A DNA stretch of 64,000 bases from NCBI GenBank assembly GCA_050261675.1, contig JBLNDO010000023.1:4908-68907 (forward strand), given 5' to 3'. Below, piece after piece: positions 27,643-38,647 of the stretch. The position numbers were made by a program, and so were the translations under genes. Each line of letters starts with the position of its first letter. Position 1 is the stretch's first letter. The notes under the pieces were generated by a model, which did not search any database, was not told where the DNA came from, and was given only the letters and a program-made list of their open reading frames with translations. The DNA comes from Bacillota bacterium. GTDB lineage: Bacteria; Pseudomonadota; Gammaproteobacteria; Natronospirales; REEB76.

Positions 27643-28133
27643 TCGAGAAGGAAAACCGGCAGGTCGAGCACCGGACTCTCGTGGCCCAGGCGGGTGATGA
27701 CCGCCGTTACCTGCCCCCGGTGGTGGGTAGCGTGATTGAAAGCATGCGCGAGCTGAAGGCACAGCGGGTATTCGCGCCGTTTGCCTTCCGTATCCTGATA
27801 GGCGCTGGGGCGTTCCAGTTGTGCGTCATCCAGCTTCGCCATCAATCCCCTGAGCGTCTCCGCCGCCCGCAACATTTCTTCCGCGAGCCGGCTCCGCTCC
27901 TTCACCAGTTCCTGGTCGAGCCCGCTGACGGCGAACGGCTTGCCGGTGAGGCGGCCGTGCCATAAGAGGTCCACCAGCAAAAGATGGTTCAGGGTGCGAT
28001 GAACGCTGCGGAAGAAAAGACCCTGATCGGCGTGGTATGCGGCATCGCCCATGGGTTCCAGGGCCTTGAGCAGTCGCCGATGGGCCCAGATGTGGTAGCC
28101 CGCGAGAGCCTCGAAGTACTCGCGCGGCCTCAT
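27639..28133 (-). CDS. DinB-family (DinB/YfiT-like metalloenzyme fold) protein
   Basis: 164 aa. YHIWAHRRLL... and the C-terminal HATHHRGQ motif. The track ORF up to 29102 is an over-extension across the neighbouring genes. Confidence 0.7.
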   Translation of the reverse strand: MRPREYFEALAGYHIWAHRRLLKALEPMGDAAYHADQGLFFRSVHRTLNHLLLVDLLWHGRLTGKPFAVSGLDQELVKERSRLAEEMLRAAETLRGLMAKLDDAQLERPSAYQDTEGKRREYPLCLQLAHAFNHATHHRGQVTAVITRLGHESPVLDLPVFLLD

Positions 28134-28618
28134 CAGGCGTCCTCGAACCGGTTCTTCTCGCGGTTCTTGCGCACCTTGCGCGCATCGAATACGCGCCCGT
28201 TCATGAAGATGTAGACGCCCGGTTCGAGCGCCTGGACCGCCGCCACGGCCCCACCAATGTTGAAGATGGCGTCGCTGCCGCGGAAGCGAGCCGGATTGAG
28301 CGAACCCGTGAGCACGATGGTCTTGCCCGCCGCACCCTGAAGCACCGCCGCGGTGTTCGTCATGGTGTCGGTGCCGTGGGTGATCAAGATTCGGCGCGCG
28401 GGATCCCGGGCCACGGCATCGCGGATCAGCGCCCGGTCCGCGTCGGTCATGTCCAGGCTGTCCTTGCGCATCAGCGAGGTGATCTCGAAGGGGAAGGCCA
28501 CGCCCATTTCGCGCAGGATCTCGCCGATCTGCGGCTCCCCCACTTCGTATTCGCTCTTGGCGTCGAAATAGATCTTGTCGATGGTTCCGCCGGTGGTGAA
28601 TATGCGCAGTTTTTCCAT
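28133..28618 (-). CDS. Stand-alone L-asparaginase N-terminal-domain protein
   Basis: 161 aa with TTGGTID (Thr nucleophile motif) and THGTDTM. There is no asparaginase C-terminal domain. One-nt overlap with the dinB-family start. Confidence 0.65.
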   Translation of the reverse strand: MEKLRIFTTGGTIDKIYFDAKSEYEVGEPQIGEILREMGVAFPFEITSLMRKDSLDMTDADRALIRDAVARDPARRILITHGTDTMTNTAAVLQGAAGKTIVLTGSLNPARFRGSDAIFNIGGAVAAVQALEPGVYIFMNGRVFDARKVRKNREKNRFEDA

Positions 28619-28638
28619 GCGATTCTCCGGATCCGGGC

Positions 28639-30942
28639 TCAGTTGCTGAACGACGGCGCCAACGTGTTGCCGTTGATGGGGACGCCGAGGTAGAGGAAGA
28701 ACACCAGGTTACCGGACTTGCCCCCGCCCACTCCAAGATACAACGGGCCGAGTTCCGTGTCGGCCCCCACGAAACCCATGAGGCCGTATTGCATTCCGCC
28801 CGGTGCATTACGGGTATTGCCCCAAACGTTGCCCAAGTCGGCCCCGCCGCCGAGATACAGGCCGTTGCCGAGCACGCTCGGCATGTCCGCCACATGATGG
28901 GCATAGACCAGGTGCGCGTCGAAGACCCGGTCCCCGCGCAATTGTCCTTGACGTTTGCCCGCCAGCGACAAGAATCCACCGAGCTGGAACTGGTCATACA
29001 CTGGCATGGGCGTCCCAAGGTTGCTGCCCGCCTCCGCCAGCAGCAGCACCGGATCGCCGCCGATGCTGAACGCCTTGCCCCCGGTGATGTCCAGCTTGTC
29101 ATAGCTCAAGTCGCCTCCCAGGGCGGAACGCGGGAAAAAGCCGGTGACCAGCCCGTAGGAACCTTCCGAGGGAAAGCTGCCGTTGTCGAAGGTATCCACT
29201 CCAATCATGAGGTGCGGACCCAGAAGCGTGTCGCGATAGGTCGGGTTCTGGCCCGGGTCGCCGATGCGCAGCTGCGAGACCACGTGCCCGTATTGCAAGC
29301 CGAAGCGCGCCTCCCCCTGGTCGCCGATGCGCCAGCCGATATCGAGCCCGCCGTGCGGATAGATCACGCTGTATTCGGCCACGCGGTTTTGCCCTGTGAA
29401 CAGGTCGAAGGTGTCGTCCAGGTATTCCGCGTTGGGCGCCAGGAACAAGATGTCGGTGTAATTGAGGGGCTGATACAGCTCCGTGTAATACAGCCGGGTC
29501 TTGCCGATCTCGAATTGGTTGCGCCATTCGGCGCCTAGGGCGCCGATCTCGGTGGCGGTGTAACTGCCGAGCAATTCATAATTGCTGTCGCCCTCGAAAT
29601 CGTCGCTAATGTGGATGCCGAATTGCAGATAGCTCGGCTTCCAGGGCTTGGGCTGCACGTCGAGTTCGATACCCGTGGCGTCGCCGTGGTGCGTGAGCAC
29701 CGCGTTCACGCTCTGGAAATAATCGAGTCTGTACAGGTTGCGCAGGCCTTCGTTGATGGCTTCCCTGTTCCAGCGGCTGCCGGGTTGGACGCCGAAGCGG
29801 GCCCGGATCAGGTCGGCCGATATGCCGCCGTTGCCGCTCACATCCACGAAGTCTATGCGTTGAGGCGGAGGCAGCATCCGCCGGTGTTCACGGCGGTATG
29901 CGGCATAGGCTTCCGGGCTGAGTTGGAGATCGGTGAGGCTGGAAAGCTTCTGATATGCCTGCTGCTCGCCCAGCTTGACTGCCTCACCCATGCGGTCGAA
30001 ATCCGTGGCCCCAATGTCGCCCAGCTCCGGCTCGAGCAGCACGTCCTGTGCTGTGAGGTTGGAAATGGATTCTTTCACGTTCTGCACGCCATAGAGTTTC
30101 ACCACCTGGACGGTGACGCTGATCACGTCGGTGAGCTGGTCACCCTTGGCGAGCGGTGTGCCGATATTCACGGCGATGACCACGTCCGCGCCCATCTGCC
30201 GGGCCACATCCACCGGCAGGTTGCGGGACAGGCCACCGTCCATCAGTAGGTGGCCGTCGATGCGGACCGGCGGGTAGAGGCCTGGGACCGAGAGGCTCGC
30301 GCGGATCGCATCGGCCAGATTCCCGCGATCCAACACCACCATGTCACCGGTCTCGATGTCGGTGGCGACGGCATGGAAAGGGATGGGTAGCTTGTCGAAA
30401 TCGGTGCCCGGCTCCTGCGCCAGAGTGAGCACGTTCAGGATGCGCTGTGGTGCATCGCCCTTGGCGATGCCCTGCGGAAAGACATAGTGCCCATCGGCGT
30501 AGCCGAACTCGACGCGCAGCAGGTACTTGAGCTGGTCCTGCTTTTCCTTGTAGGTGAGATGGCTGCGGGGGGTGACGTTTGCCATGTCCTCCTGGATGGC
30601 GCGCCGGTTCATCTGTGCTTCCAGGTCCTCGGGCGTCATGCCCGCGGCGTACAGTCCGCCGACGATGGCGCCCATGCTGGTGCCGGCGATGCAGTCCACC
30701 GGAATGCGCAGTTTCTCGAGCGCTTCGAGCACGCCTACGTGGGCTGCGCCGCGAGCGCCACCCCCGCTCAGCACCAGGCAAATCTTGGGCCGCGGTGCAG
30801 GCGTCGCAGCGGATGACGCGGTCGCCGTGGCCGCGTGACCCGCGACGGTCCGCATCGCATCGGCATGCGCGGTCGCGCTGCAGGCCAGCAACATGGCGGC
30901 CGCGAGGGCGGTCAGTGTCTTGTGGGCAAGGGTTTGTGCCAT
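28639..30942 (-). CDS. Patatin-like phospholipase fused to POTRA + Omp85-type barrel (PlpD-like, type Vd autotransporter architecture)
   Basis: Signal peptide MAQTLAHKTLTALAAAMLLACSATAHA. Patatin motifs SGGGARG and GTSMG. A POTRA-like segment and a long C-terminal beta-barrel region. Start trimmed from 31554. Confidence 0.75.
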   Translation of the reverse strand: MAQTLAHKTLTALAAAMLLACSATAHADAMRTVAGHAATATASSAATPAPRPKICLVLSGGGARGAAHVGVLEALEKLRIPVDCIAGTSMGAIVGGLYAAGMTPEDLEAQMNRRAIQEDMANVTPRSHLTYKEKQDQLKYLLRVEFGYADGHYVFPQGIAKGDAPQRILNVLTLAQEPGTDFDKLPIPFHAVATDIETGDMVVLDRGNLADAIRASLSVPGLYPPVRIDGHLLMDGGLSRNLPVDVARQMGADVVIAVNIGTPLAKGDQLTDVISVTVQVVKLYGVQNVKESISNLTAQDVLLEPELGDIGATDFDRMGEAVKLGEQQAYQKLSSLTDLQLSPEAYAAYRREHRRMLPPPQRIDFVDVSGNGGISADLIRARFGVQPGSRWNREAINEGLRNLYRLDYFQSVNAVLTHHGDATGIELDVQPKPWKPSYLQFGIHISDDFEGDSNYELLGSYTATEIGALGAEWRNQFEIGKTRLYYTELYQPLNYTDILFLAPNAEYLDDTFDLFTGQNRVAEYSVIYPHGGLDIGWRIGDQGEARFGLQYGHVVSQLRIGDPGQNPTYRDTLLGPHLMIGVDTFDNGSFPSEGSYGLVTGFFPRSALGGDLSYDKLDITGGKAFSIGGDPVLLLAEAGSNLGTPMPVYDQFQLGGFLSLAGKRQGQLRGDRVFDAHLVYAHHVADMPSVLGNGLYLGGGADLGNVWGNTRNAPGGMQYGLMGFVGADTELGPLYLGVGGGKSGNLVFFLYLGVPINGNTLAPSFSN

Positions 30943-31038
30943 CGGGAAAGTCGGCGGCGAACGCCGCCGCTTCTTGAGCTTAAATATTTTACCGGAAGCA
31001 CGGTGCACGGAGTAGACTGAATCCAGCACTTCGCGCAT

Positions 31039-32382
31039 TTGACGGATGATGCAGTCGTGATGCGCCGGTTCCTGCCATGCTTGTCCCTGCTCGCGCTGCT
31101 CGGCGTTTCCCCCGCCGCGACTGCCGCCGGCGCGTTGCTGCTGCGCGTACAGGGTCCCATCGGCCCCGCCACCGCCGAATACGTCGCGCGAGGGCTCGAC
31201 GCCGCCCGTTCCGAGGGTGATGAGATCGTCATCCTGGAAATGGATACCCCCGGCGGGCTCGACGTCTCCATGCGAAAGATCGTGCAGGTGATCCTCGCCT
31301 CGCCGGTACCGGTCGCGGGTTACGTGGCGCCGGCGGGCGCGCGGGCCGCGAGCGCCGGCACCTACATCCTCTACGCCTGCCACATCGCCGCCATGGCGCC
31401 CACCACCAACCTGGGCGCTGCGACGCCCGTGCAGATGGCCGGGGGAGGCTCCGATACGCCCGCCAAGCCCGAGACCGCCGAGGAGCGCAAGGTGCTGAAC
31501 GACGCCCTCGCCTACATTTCCGGCCTCGCGGAAAAGCGCGGGCGCAACCTCCAATGGGCGCAGGCCGCGGTCCGCGACGCCGCCAGCCTGCCCGCCGATG
31601 AGGCTTTAAAGGCGCGCGTGGTGGACGTGGTCGCGAAAGACCCCGCCGATCTGCTGGTGCAGGTGAATGGCCGCACGGTCGACACCGCCGCCGGAAGCCG
31701 CGTGCTGCATACGGCCGGCTTGAGACTGGACGAATACGCGCCCGGTTGGCGCGAACACCTGCTCGCCGTTCTCACGGACCCGACCGTGGCCTACCTGCTG
31801 CTGCTCATCGGCATCTATGGCCTGCTGTTCGAGGGTTACAACCCCGGCGCGGTGCTCCCCGGTGTCGCCGGCGGCATCGCCCTGCTTCTGGCGCTGTATG
31901 CTTTCCAGATCCTGCCGGTGAACTTCGCCGGACTCGCGCTCATCATCCTGGGCGTGCTGCTGTTCGTGATCGAGACCTTCGTTCCCGCCTACGGCACCCT
32001 GAGCATCGGCGGCATCATCTCCTTCGTGTTCGGCTCCTTGATCCTGATGGATACCGACGTGCCCGGTTTCGAGCTGCCCCGTGGGCTCATCGCCGGACTT
32101 GCCGCGGCCGCGGGGCTGTTGGTGGCGGGCACACTCGCCCTCGCCATGCGCTCGCGGCGCAAGCCTGTGGTCACGGGCGGCGAATCGCTGCTCGGCGCGG
32201 TGGGTGAGACTTTGGCAGACTTCGGCGCCGACGGCTCTGGCACCGTCCGTATACAAAGCGCCAATTGGCAGGCCCAGAGCCGCACGCCGCTCCCCCGGGG
32301 TGCGCGCGTGCGCGTGCTGCGCCGCGAGGGACTGAAACTCATTGTGGAACCATTGGAATCGCCCGCCGGGCAAGAGGACTGA
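31039..32382 (+). CDS. NfeD-family membrane-bound ClpP-class serine protease
   Basis: Periplasmic or cytoplasmic ClpP-like domain, multi-TM middle and a C-terminal OB (NfeD) domain. Followed 2 nt later by an SPFH gene. The ATG at 31060 is the more likely start (31039 is TTG). Confidence 0.75.
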   Translation: MTDDAVVMRRFLPCLSLLALLGVSPAATAAGALLLRVQGPIGPATAEYVARGLDAARSEGDEIVILEMDTPGGLDVSMRKIVQVILASPVPVAGYVAPAGARAASAGTYILYACHIAAMAPTTNLGAATPVQMAGGGSDTPAKPETAEERKVLNDALAYISGLAEKRGRNLQWAQAAVRDAASLPADEALKARVVDVVAKDPADLLVQVNGRTVDTAAGSRVLHTAGLRLDEYAPGWREHLLAVLTDPTVAYLLLLIGIYGLLFEGYNPGAVLPGVAGGIALLLALYAFQILPVNFAGLALIILGVLLFVIETFVPAYGTLSIGGIISFVFGSLILMDTDVPGFELPRGLIAGLAAAAGLLVAGTLALAMRSRRKPVVTGGESLLGAVGETLADFGADGSGTVRIQSANWQAQSRTPLPRGARVRVLRREGLKLIVEPLESPAGQED

Positions 32383-32384
32383 AC

Positions 32385-33137
32385 ATGAGCGTCGCACTGA
32401 TCGTGGTCATCGTGGTGGCCGTACTGGTGGTGTTCAACGCCTTCAAGGTATTGAAGGAGTATGAGCGCGGCGTGATCTTCACCCTGGGCAAGTACGACCG
32501 GGTGAAAGGGCCCGGCTTCTTCCTCGTTTGGCCGCTTTTGCAGCAGATGGTGAAGGTGGACCTGCGCACCGTGGTCATGGACGTACCGCCCCAGGACGTG
32601 ATCTCGCGCGACAACGTCTCGGTGAAGGTGAATGCGGTCATCTATTTCCGCATCGTGGACCCGGAGAAATCCATCATCCAGGTGGCGGATGTCTACGAGG
32701 CCACGAGCCAGCTCGCCCAGACCACGCTGCGTTCCGTGCTGGGACAGCACGAACTGGACGACATGCTGGCGGCCCGCGACAAGCTCAATACCGACATCCA
32801 GGGGATCCTGGACCAGCACACCGATGTCTGGGGTGTGAAGGTGCTTAACGTGGAGATCAAGCAGGTGGACTTGGACGAAGGCATGATTCGCGCCATCGCC
32901 AAGCAGGCGGAGGCCGAGCGCCAGCGCCGCGCCAAGGTGATCAACGCCGAGGGCGAGCTGCAGGCCTCCCAGAAGCTGATGGAAGCGGCCCAGACCCTGG
33001 TGAAATCGCCCCAGGCCATTCAGCTGCGCTACTTGCAGACCCTGGTGGAAGTGGCGGGCGACAAGAGCTCCACCATCGTCTTCCCCCTGCCGATGGATCT
33101 GATCGAGCCCCTGCTGAAGAAGCTAAACAAAGATTGA
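32385..33137 (+). CDS. SPFH/band-7 (stomatin-like) protein
   Basis: N-terminal TM segment then LKEYERGVIFTLGKY...DVISRDNVSVKVNAVIYFRIVDP. Canonical NfeD-SPFH pair. Confidence 0.85.
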   Translation: MSVALIVVIVVAVLVVFNAFKVLKEYERGVIFTLGKYDRVKGPGFFLVWPLLQQMVKVDLRTVVMDVPPQDVISRDNVSVKVNAVIYFRIVDPEKSIIQVADVYEATSQLAQTTLRSVLGQHELDDMLAARDKLNTDIQGILDQHTDVWGVKVLNVEIKQVDLDEGMIRAIAKQAEAERQRRAKVINAEGELQASQKLMEAAQTLVKSPQAIQLRYLQTLVEVAGDKSSTIVFPLPMDLIEPLLKKLNKD

Positions 33138-33156
33138 TCATCAATAGTATAAAAAT

Positions 33157-33186
33157 AAAAGGCCGCCTGAAGGCGGCCTTTTATTT
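33157..33186. terminator. Bidirectional intrinsic terminator
   Basis: AAAAGGCCGCC-tgaa-GGCGGCCTTTTATTT between the convergent SPFH and degV genes. Confidence 0.85.
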
Positions 33187-33204
33187 ATTACTGCACTCGA
33201 ATCT

Positions 33205-34146
33205 TTATTTGGCTGCGTATGCAAGACTGAAGGCACCGGGACCGACATGGATGCCGGCGACGGTGCTCATCACCGAAAGCAGCGTCTCCACCTTGTGGGC
33301 ATGGGCGAGCTTCACGAAATCGTCGTAGCCCGGGAAGGACTTCACGTCCTCCGGGTTCCCGGCATAGCTCATGTTCACCACCTTGGTGAGCAGGCCCTTC
33401 TCGATGGCCTCGCTGGCGATGCCGAACAGGCGCTTCACCGCGCCCTCGTAACCGCGCACCGTCTCCACGGCATCGGTCTCGCCGCGGTACACCTTGAGGA
33501 TAGGCTTGATGTCCAGCATGGTGCCCATCTGGTACTTGAACCAGCCGACGCTCTTGTCGCCCTTCTGGTGGGCGCGGGTACGGACGTAAAAGAGATCCTG
33601 TGGCACGAGGTAGGCATGCACGTCCTGGGAGAAGGTCTCCACATGCTGGCGTAGGCGGTCGAAGGCCATGTCTGCCTGGCTGCCCTGCATCAGGCGCAGG
33701 GCTTCGTACACCACCACGCCCTGACCGGTGAACATGGTCTTGCTGTCCAGCACGCGGAGTGCGAACTGCTCCTCCATGCCGGCGGCCTTGCGGCGCTCCT
33801 TGTAGCCCGAAAGGATCATGAACGAGGCCTTGGTGGCGTTCTCGAACACGGGGCTGCGGGTGCTGGAAACGGTGATCACCAGCACACGGTCGTACTTCAG
33901 GACCAGCTGATCGAGGAACCAGTCCTTGATGGCTTTTACCGAGAGCGGCGCCGTGGTGATCTCCAGTTCCTTCTCCGCCACGTAGCGGCGGTAGAACTCC
34001 ATGGTCTGCTCGGGATCGCGCACGTCCTTGAAGTTCATGGTGCCGAACTGCATGTTGATCGGCATGATTTCGATGGAATGCTGCGTCAGGAAGCTGCGCG
34101 GCAGGTCGCAGGCGGCGTCGACCACGATACCGATCTTTTGCGGCAT
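33205..34146 (-). CDS. DegV-family (fatty-acid-binding) protein
   Basis: N-terminus KIGIVVDAACDLP typical of DegV, about 313 aa. Start trimmed to MPQKIG. Confidence 0.65.
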   Translation of the reverse strand: MPQKIGIVVDAACDLPRSFLTQHSIEIMPINMQFGTMNFKDVRDPEQTMEFYRRYVAEKELEITTAPLSVKAIKDWFLDQLVLKYDRVLVITVSSTRSPVFENATKASFMILSGYKERRKAAGMEEQFALRVLDSKTMFTGQGVVVYEALRLMQGSQADMAFDRLRQHVETFSQDVHAYLVPQDLFYVRTRAHQKGDKSVGWFKYQMGTMLDIKPILKVYRGETDAVETVRGYEGAVKRLFGIASEAIEKGLLTKVVNMSYAGNPEDVKSFPGYDDFVKLAHAHKVETLLSVMSTVAGIHVGPGAFSLAYAAK

Positions 34147-34292
34147 TGTTCTGGCTCCCAAAACCTTCTTGTCGCCCCATCTGCGCGGCGGATGCTCCGC
34201 CTTCGGCACCGGGGTCTATTTAACTTAAACGCCGTTCAATTTAGCACAGCCCGGGCTGGTTTTCCCAATCGGGCCAACCGCTTGCGGGTCTT

Positions 34293-35075
34293 TCAGAGTC
34301 CCTGCCGCTTGGCATCGTCCCAATGGGCATCCATCTCCTCGAGACTCACATCCTCGGGTTTGAGGCCCTTTTCCGCCAACCGCCGCTCCATGTGGCGAAA
34401 ACGCCGCTCAAACTTGCGGTTGGTGCCGCGCAAGGCCTGCTCCGGATCCACCGAGAGCTTGCGAGCCAGGTTGGCCACCGCGAACAACACGTCGCCCAAT
34501 TCGTCCTCCACGCGCTCGCGCGGCCGGCCGGTTTCCAGCTCCCGCTCCAATTCCACGAGCTCCTCGCGGATCTTGGCGAACACCGGCCCGAGTTCACTCC
34601 AATCGAAGCCCACACGGGCGGCGCGCTTCTGGAGCTTTTCGGCGCGGGTCAGGGCCGGCAGCGACGCCGGCACCCCATCCAAGGCCCCGACCTGTTCGCG
34701 CACGGCCCGCTCGCCGGCCTTGCGTGTTTCCCAATCCAGGCTTTGCTGCTCGGCCGTGCGGATGTCCGCGTCGCCGAAGACGTGGGGATGGCGCGCCGTG
34801 AGCTTGTCGCCGATGCCGCGGGCCACGTCCTCGAACCCGAAGCGCCCCTCTTCTTCCGCCATGCGAGCGTGATAGACCACCTGCAACAGCAGATCCCCCA
34901 GTTCCTCCCGCAACGCCCCGAAATCGCCGCGTTCGATGGCGTCGGCCACCTCATAGGCCTCCTCCACCGTATAGGGTGCGATGCTCCGGAAAGTCTGCTG
35001 CCGGTCCCAGGGACAGCCTTGGTCCGGGTCCCGGAGCTTCGCCATGATTTCCAGCAAGCGTTGCGTCTCTTTCAT
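34293..35075 (-). CDS. mazG: Nucleoside triphosphate pyrophosphohydrolase MazG
   Basis: CPWDRQQTFRSIAPYTVEEAYEVADAI plus the second MazG repeat (EELGDVLF). ATGA overlap with the upstream NUDIX gene. Confidence 0.85.
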   Translation of the reverse strand: MKETQRLLEIMAKLRDPDQGCPWDRQQTFRSIAPYTVEEAYEVADAIERGDFGALREELGDLLLQVVYHARMAEEEGRFGFEDVARGIGDKLTARHPHVFGDADIRTAEQQSLDWETRKAGERAVREQVGALDGVPASLPALTRAEKLQKRAARVGFDWSELGPVFAKIREELVELERELETGRPRERVEDELGDVLFAVANLARKLSVDPEQALRGTNRKFERRFRHMERRLAEKGLKPEDVSLEEMDAHWDDAKRQGL

Positions 35076-35698
35076 GGCATCTCCGCCTTGAGTGTGTCCA
35101 GAAAACTCACCAGCATGGAGGCGGTGGCGCCCCAAATACGGCGCTCCTGGTACTGGAACACATAGAACCCCACGTCGCGGCCACCCAGTTCACGGCTCTC
35201 GACACGCCGGTTGGAAGGGTCCAGGAGGAAGCCCAGGGGCACTTCGAAGATATCCGCCACTTCGAGGGGATCGGCGGCAAGGGTGAATCCGGGCTGCACC
35301 AGTCCCACCACGGGTGTCACGGCATAACCGCTGATGGTGAGATAGCCCCGGAGGTAGCCCACTACTTCCACGTGGCTCCTGGGCAGGCCGATTTCCTCTT
35401 CCGTCTCCCGCAGCGCGGTCTCCACGGGGTCCCTGTCCCGGTTTTCCCGCCCCCCGCCGGGGAAACTCACCTGGCCGGCGTGATCGGCCAGGCTCTCGGT
35501 ACGCTGGGTCAGGAGCACGGTGGGTTCCGCGTGGATTACGAGCGGGAGCAACACCGAGGCGGGTTTCCAGGGAGGCTTGGGCAGGTAACCCGTGGGCAGA
35601 TCCCCCAACACCCGGCGCGGTGAGAAATCATCGGGCGCCCGGGTTCCGGCAAAACGGCGGCGGATGAATTCAGGGAAAGTTCCGCCTTTTAATTCCAT
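35072..35698 (-). CDS. NUDIX hydrolase, CoA pyrophosphatase type (NudL-like)
   Basis: CoA-type motif LLTQRTESLADHAGQVSFPGG followed by the Nudix box ALRETEEEIGL. Confidence 0.75.
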   Translation of the reverse strand: MELKGGTFPEFIRRRFAGTRAPDDFSPRRVLGDLPTGYLPKPPWKPASVLLPLVIHAEPTVLLTQRTESLADHAGQVSFPGGGRENRDRDPVETALRETEEEIGLPRSHVEVVGYLRGYLTISGYAVTPVVGLVQPGFTLAADPLEVADIFEVPLGFLLDPSNRRVESRELGGRDVGFYVFQYQERRIWGATASMLVSFLDTLKAEMP

Positions 35699-35736
35699 TT
35701 TATCAATCAGTTACTGATAGTCTTAAAAGTAATTTC

Positions 35737-37122
35737 TTATTCCTTGATACCGCCTTTCGTCAGCTCCGCCGGATCCAAGAGCTGCTTCAGCCGGGCCTCC
35801 GACAGGTCCGTCATCTCTTTCGCCACCTCCAGGATGGGCCGGCCTTCCTTGTAGGCCTTCTTGGCGATGGCCGCCCCCTTCTCATAGCCGATGACGGCAT
35901 TGAGGGCGGTGATGAGGATGGGGTTCTTGCCCAGGGCTTCCTCAAGCCGCACCGGGTTCACGGTGAAGCCCTTGATGGCGCTGTCCGCCAGGGCCCGGGA
36001 AACGTTGGCCAGGAGTTCGATGCTTTCCAGGAGGTTGTGGGCGATGACCGGCAGCATCACGTTGAGCTGGAAATTGCCCGATTGCCCCGCCACGGTGACC
36101 GCGACATCATTGCCCATGACCTGGGCCGCCACCATGGCGGTCGCCTCCGGGATCACGGGGTTGACCTTCCCGGGCATGATGCTGGAACCGGGCTGCAGCG
36201 CCGGCAGGGCGATCTCCCCCAGACCGGCCAAGGGGCCACTGTTCATCCACCGCAGGTCGTTGGCGATCTTCATCAAGCTCACGGCCACGGTCTTGAGCTG
36301 GCCGGAAAGCTCCACGGCGGCGTCCTGGGAACTCAGGGATTCGAAATAGTTGTCGCTGGGCTTGAAAGGAATGCCGGTGCGCTTGCCGAGTTCCGCGGCC
36401 ATGCGTTTGCCAAACTCCGGATGGGCATTGATGCCGGTGCCCACGGCGGTACCACCCTGCGCCAAGGCATGTAGGCGCGGAAGCACGGCTTCCACGCGCG
36501 CCGCGCCATTCCGCACCTGTGCGGCCCACCCCGACAGCTCCTGACCGACGCTGACGGGCATGGCGTCCATGAGATGGGTGCGGCCGGTCTTGATGACCTT
36601 GGCGGTCTCCTTGGATTTGGCCTCGATGGTCTCCGCCAGATGTCTGAGCGCCGGCAGGAGCTTTTCCTTCACTTCCAGGGCGGCGCTCACGTGGATGGCG
36701 GTAGGAATCACGTCGTTGCTGCTCTGGCCCATGTTCACATGGTCGTTGGGGTGCACCGCCTCGCCCGCGGCGCTCGCCAGATGGGCGATGACCTCGTTGG
36801 CGTTCATGTTGGTGCTGGTGCCGGATCCGGTCTGGAATACATCGATGGGGAAATGCCGGTCGTGCTTGCCCGCCGAGACCTCCAAGGCGGCCGCCTCGAT
36901 GGCTTTGGCGCGCTTGGCATCGAGCACCCCGAGGGATTGGTTCACGGTGGCGGCGGAGGCCTTGATGAGACCAAGCGCCCGGATGAAGCCGCGGGGCATG
37001 GGAAGCCCGCTGATGGGGAAGTTCTGCACCGCGCGCTGGGTTTGGGCGCCCCACAGAGCGTCCGCCGGCACCTTGAGTTCCCCCATGCTGTCGTGCTCCA
37101 CCCGGTAAGCTTTATCCGACAT
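35737..37122 (-). CDS. fumC: Class II fumarate hydratase
   Basis: Signature GSSIMPGKVNP. Start at MSDKAYRVEHDSMG, which has a GAGGAG SD 6 nt upstream. Confidence 0.92.
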   Translation of the reverse strand: MSDKAYRVEHDSMGELKVPADALWGAQTQRAVQNFPISGLPMPRGFIRALGLIKASAATVNQSLGVLDAKRAKAIEAAALEVSAGKHDRHFPIDVFQTGSGTSTNMNANEVIAHLASAAGEAVHPNDHVNMGQSSNDVIPTAIHVSAALEVKEKLLPALRHLAETIEAKSKETAKVIKTGRTHLMDAMPVSVGQELSGWAAQVRNGAARVEAVLPRLHALAQGGTAVGTGINAHPEFGKRMAAELGKRTGIPFKPSDNYFESLSSQDAAVELSGQLKTVAVSLMKIANDLRWMNSGPLAGLGEIALPALQPGSSIMPGKVNPVIPEATAMVAAQVMGNDVAVTVAGQSGNFQLNVMLPVIAHNLLESIELLANVSRALADSAIKGFTVNPVRLEEALGKNPILITALNAVIGYEKGAAIAKKAYKEGRPILEVAKEMTDLSEARLKQLLDPAELTKGGIKE

Positions 37123-37155
37123 CGGAAACTCCTCGAGAATCAAGGTCAGAAAAAC

Positions 37156-38646
<1,491 letters not shown>

Positions 38647-38647
38647 T

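Noticed and set aside
31039-33137. The NfeD-SPFH pair near the window centre as a candidate novel system.
   Set aside because: This is the canonical, widely distributed stomatin-operon partnership. Nothing in the sequence departs from that pattern.
35706-35718. 13-bp palindrome ATCAGT-T-ACTGAT between fumC and the NudL-like gene, with a TACTGAT half-site repeated at 37165-37171 in the fumC/purB spacer. Considered as a Fur-like or other operator.
   Set aside because: It is short, in AT-rich spacers where such symmetry arises by chance, and resembles the Fur box poorly. A 5-bp stem with a 3-nt loop is too weak for a terminator.
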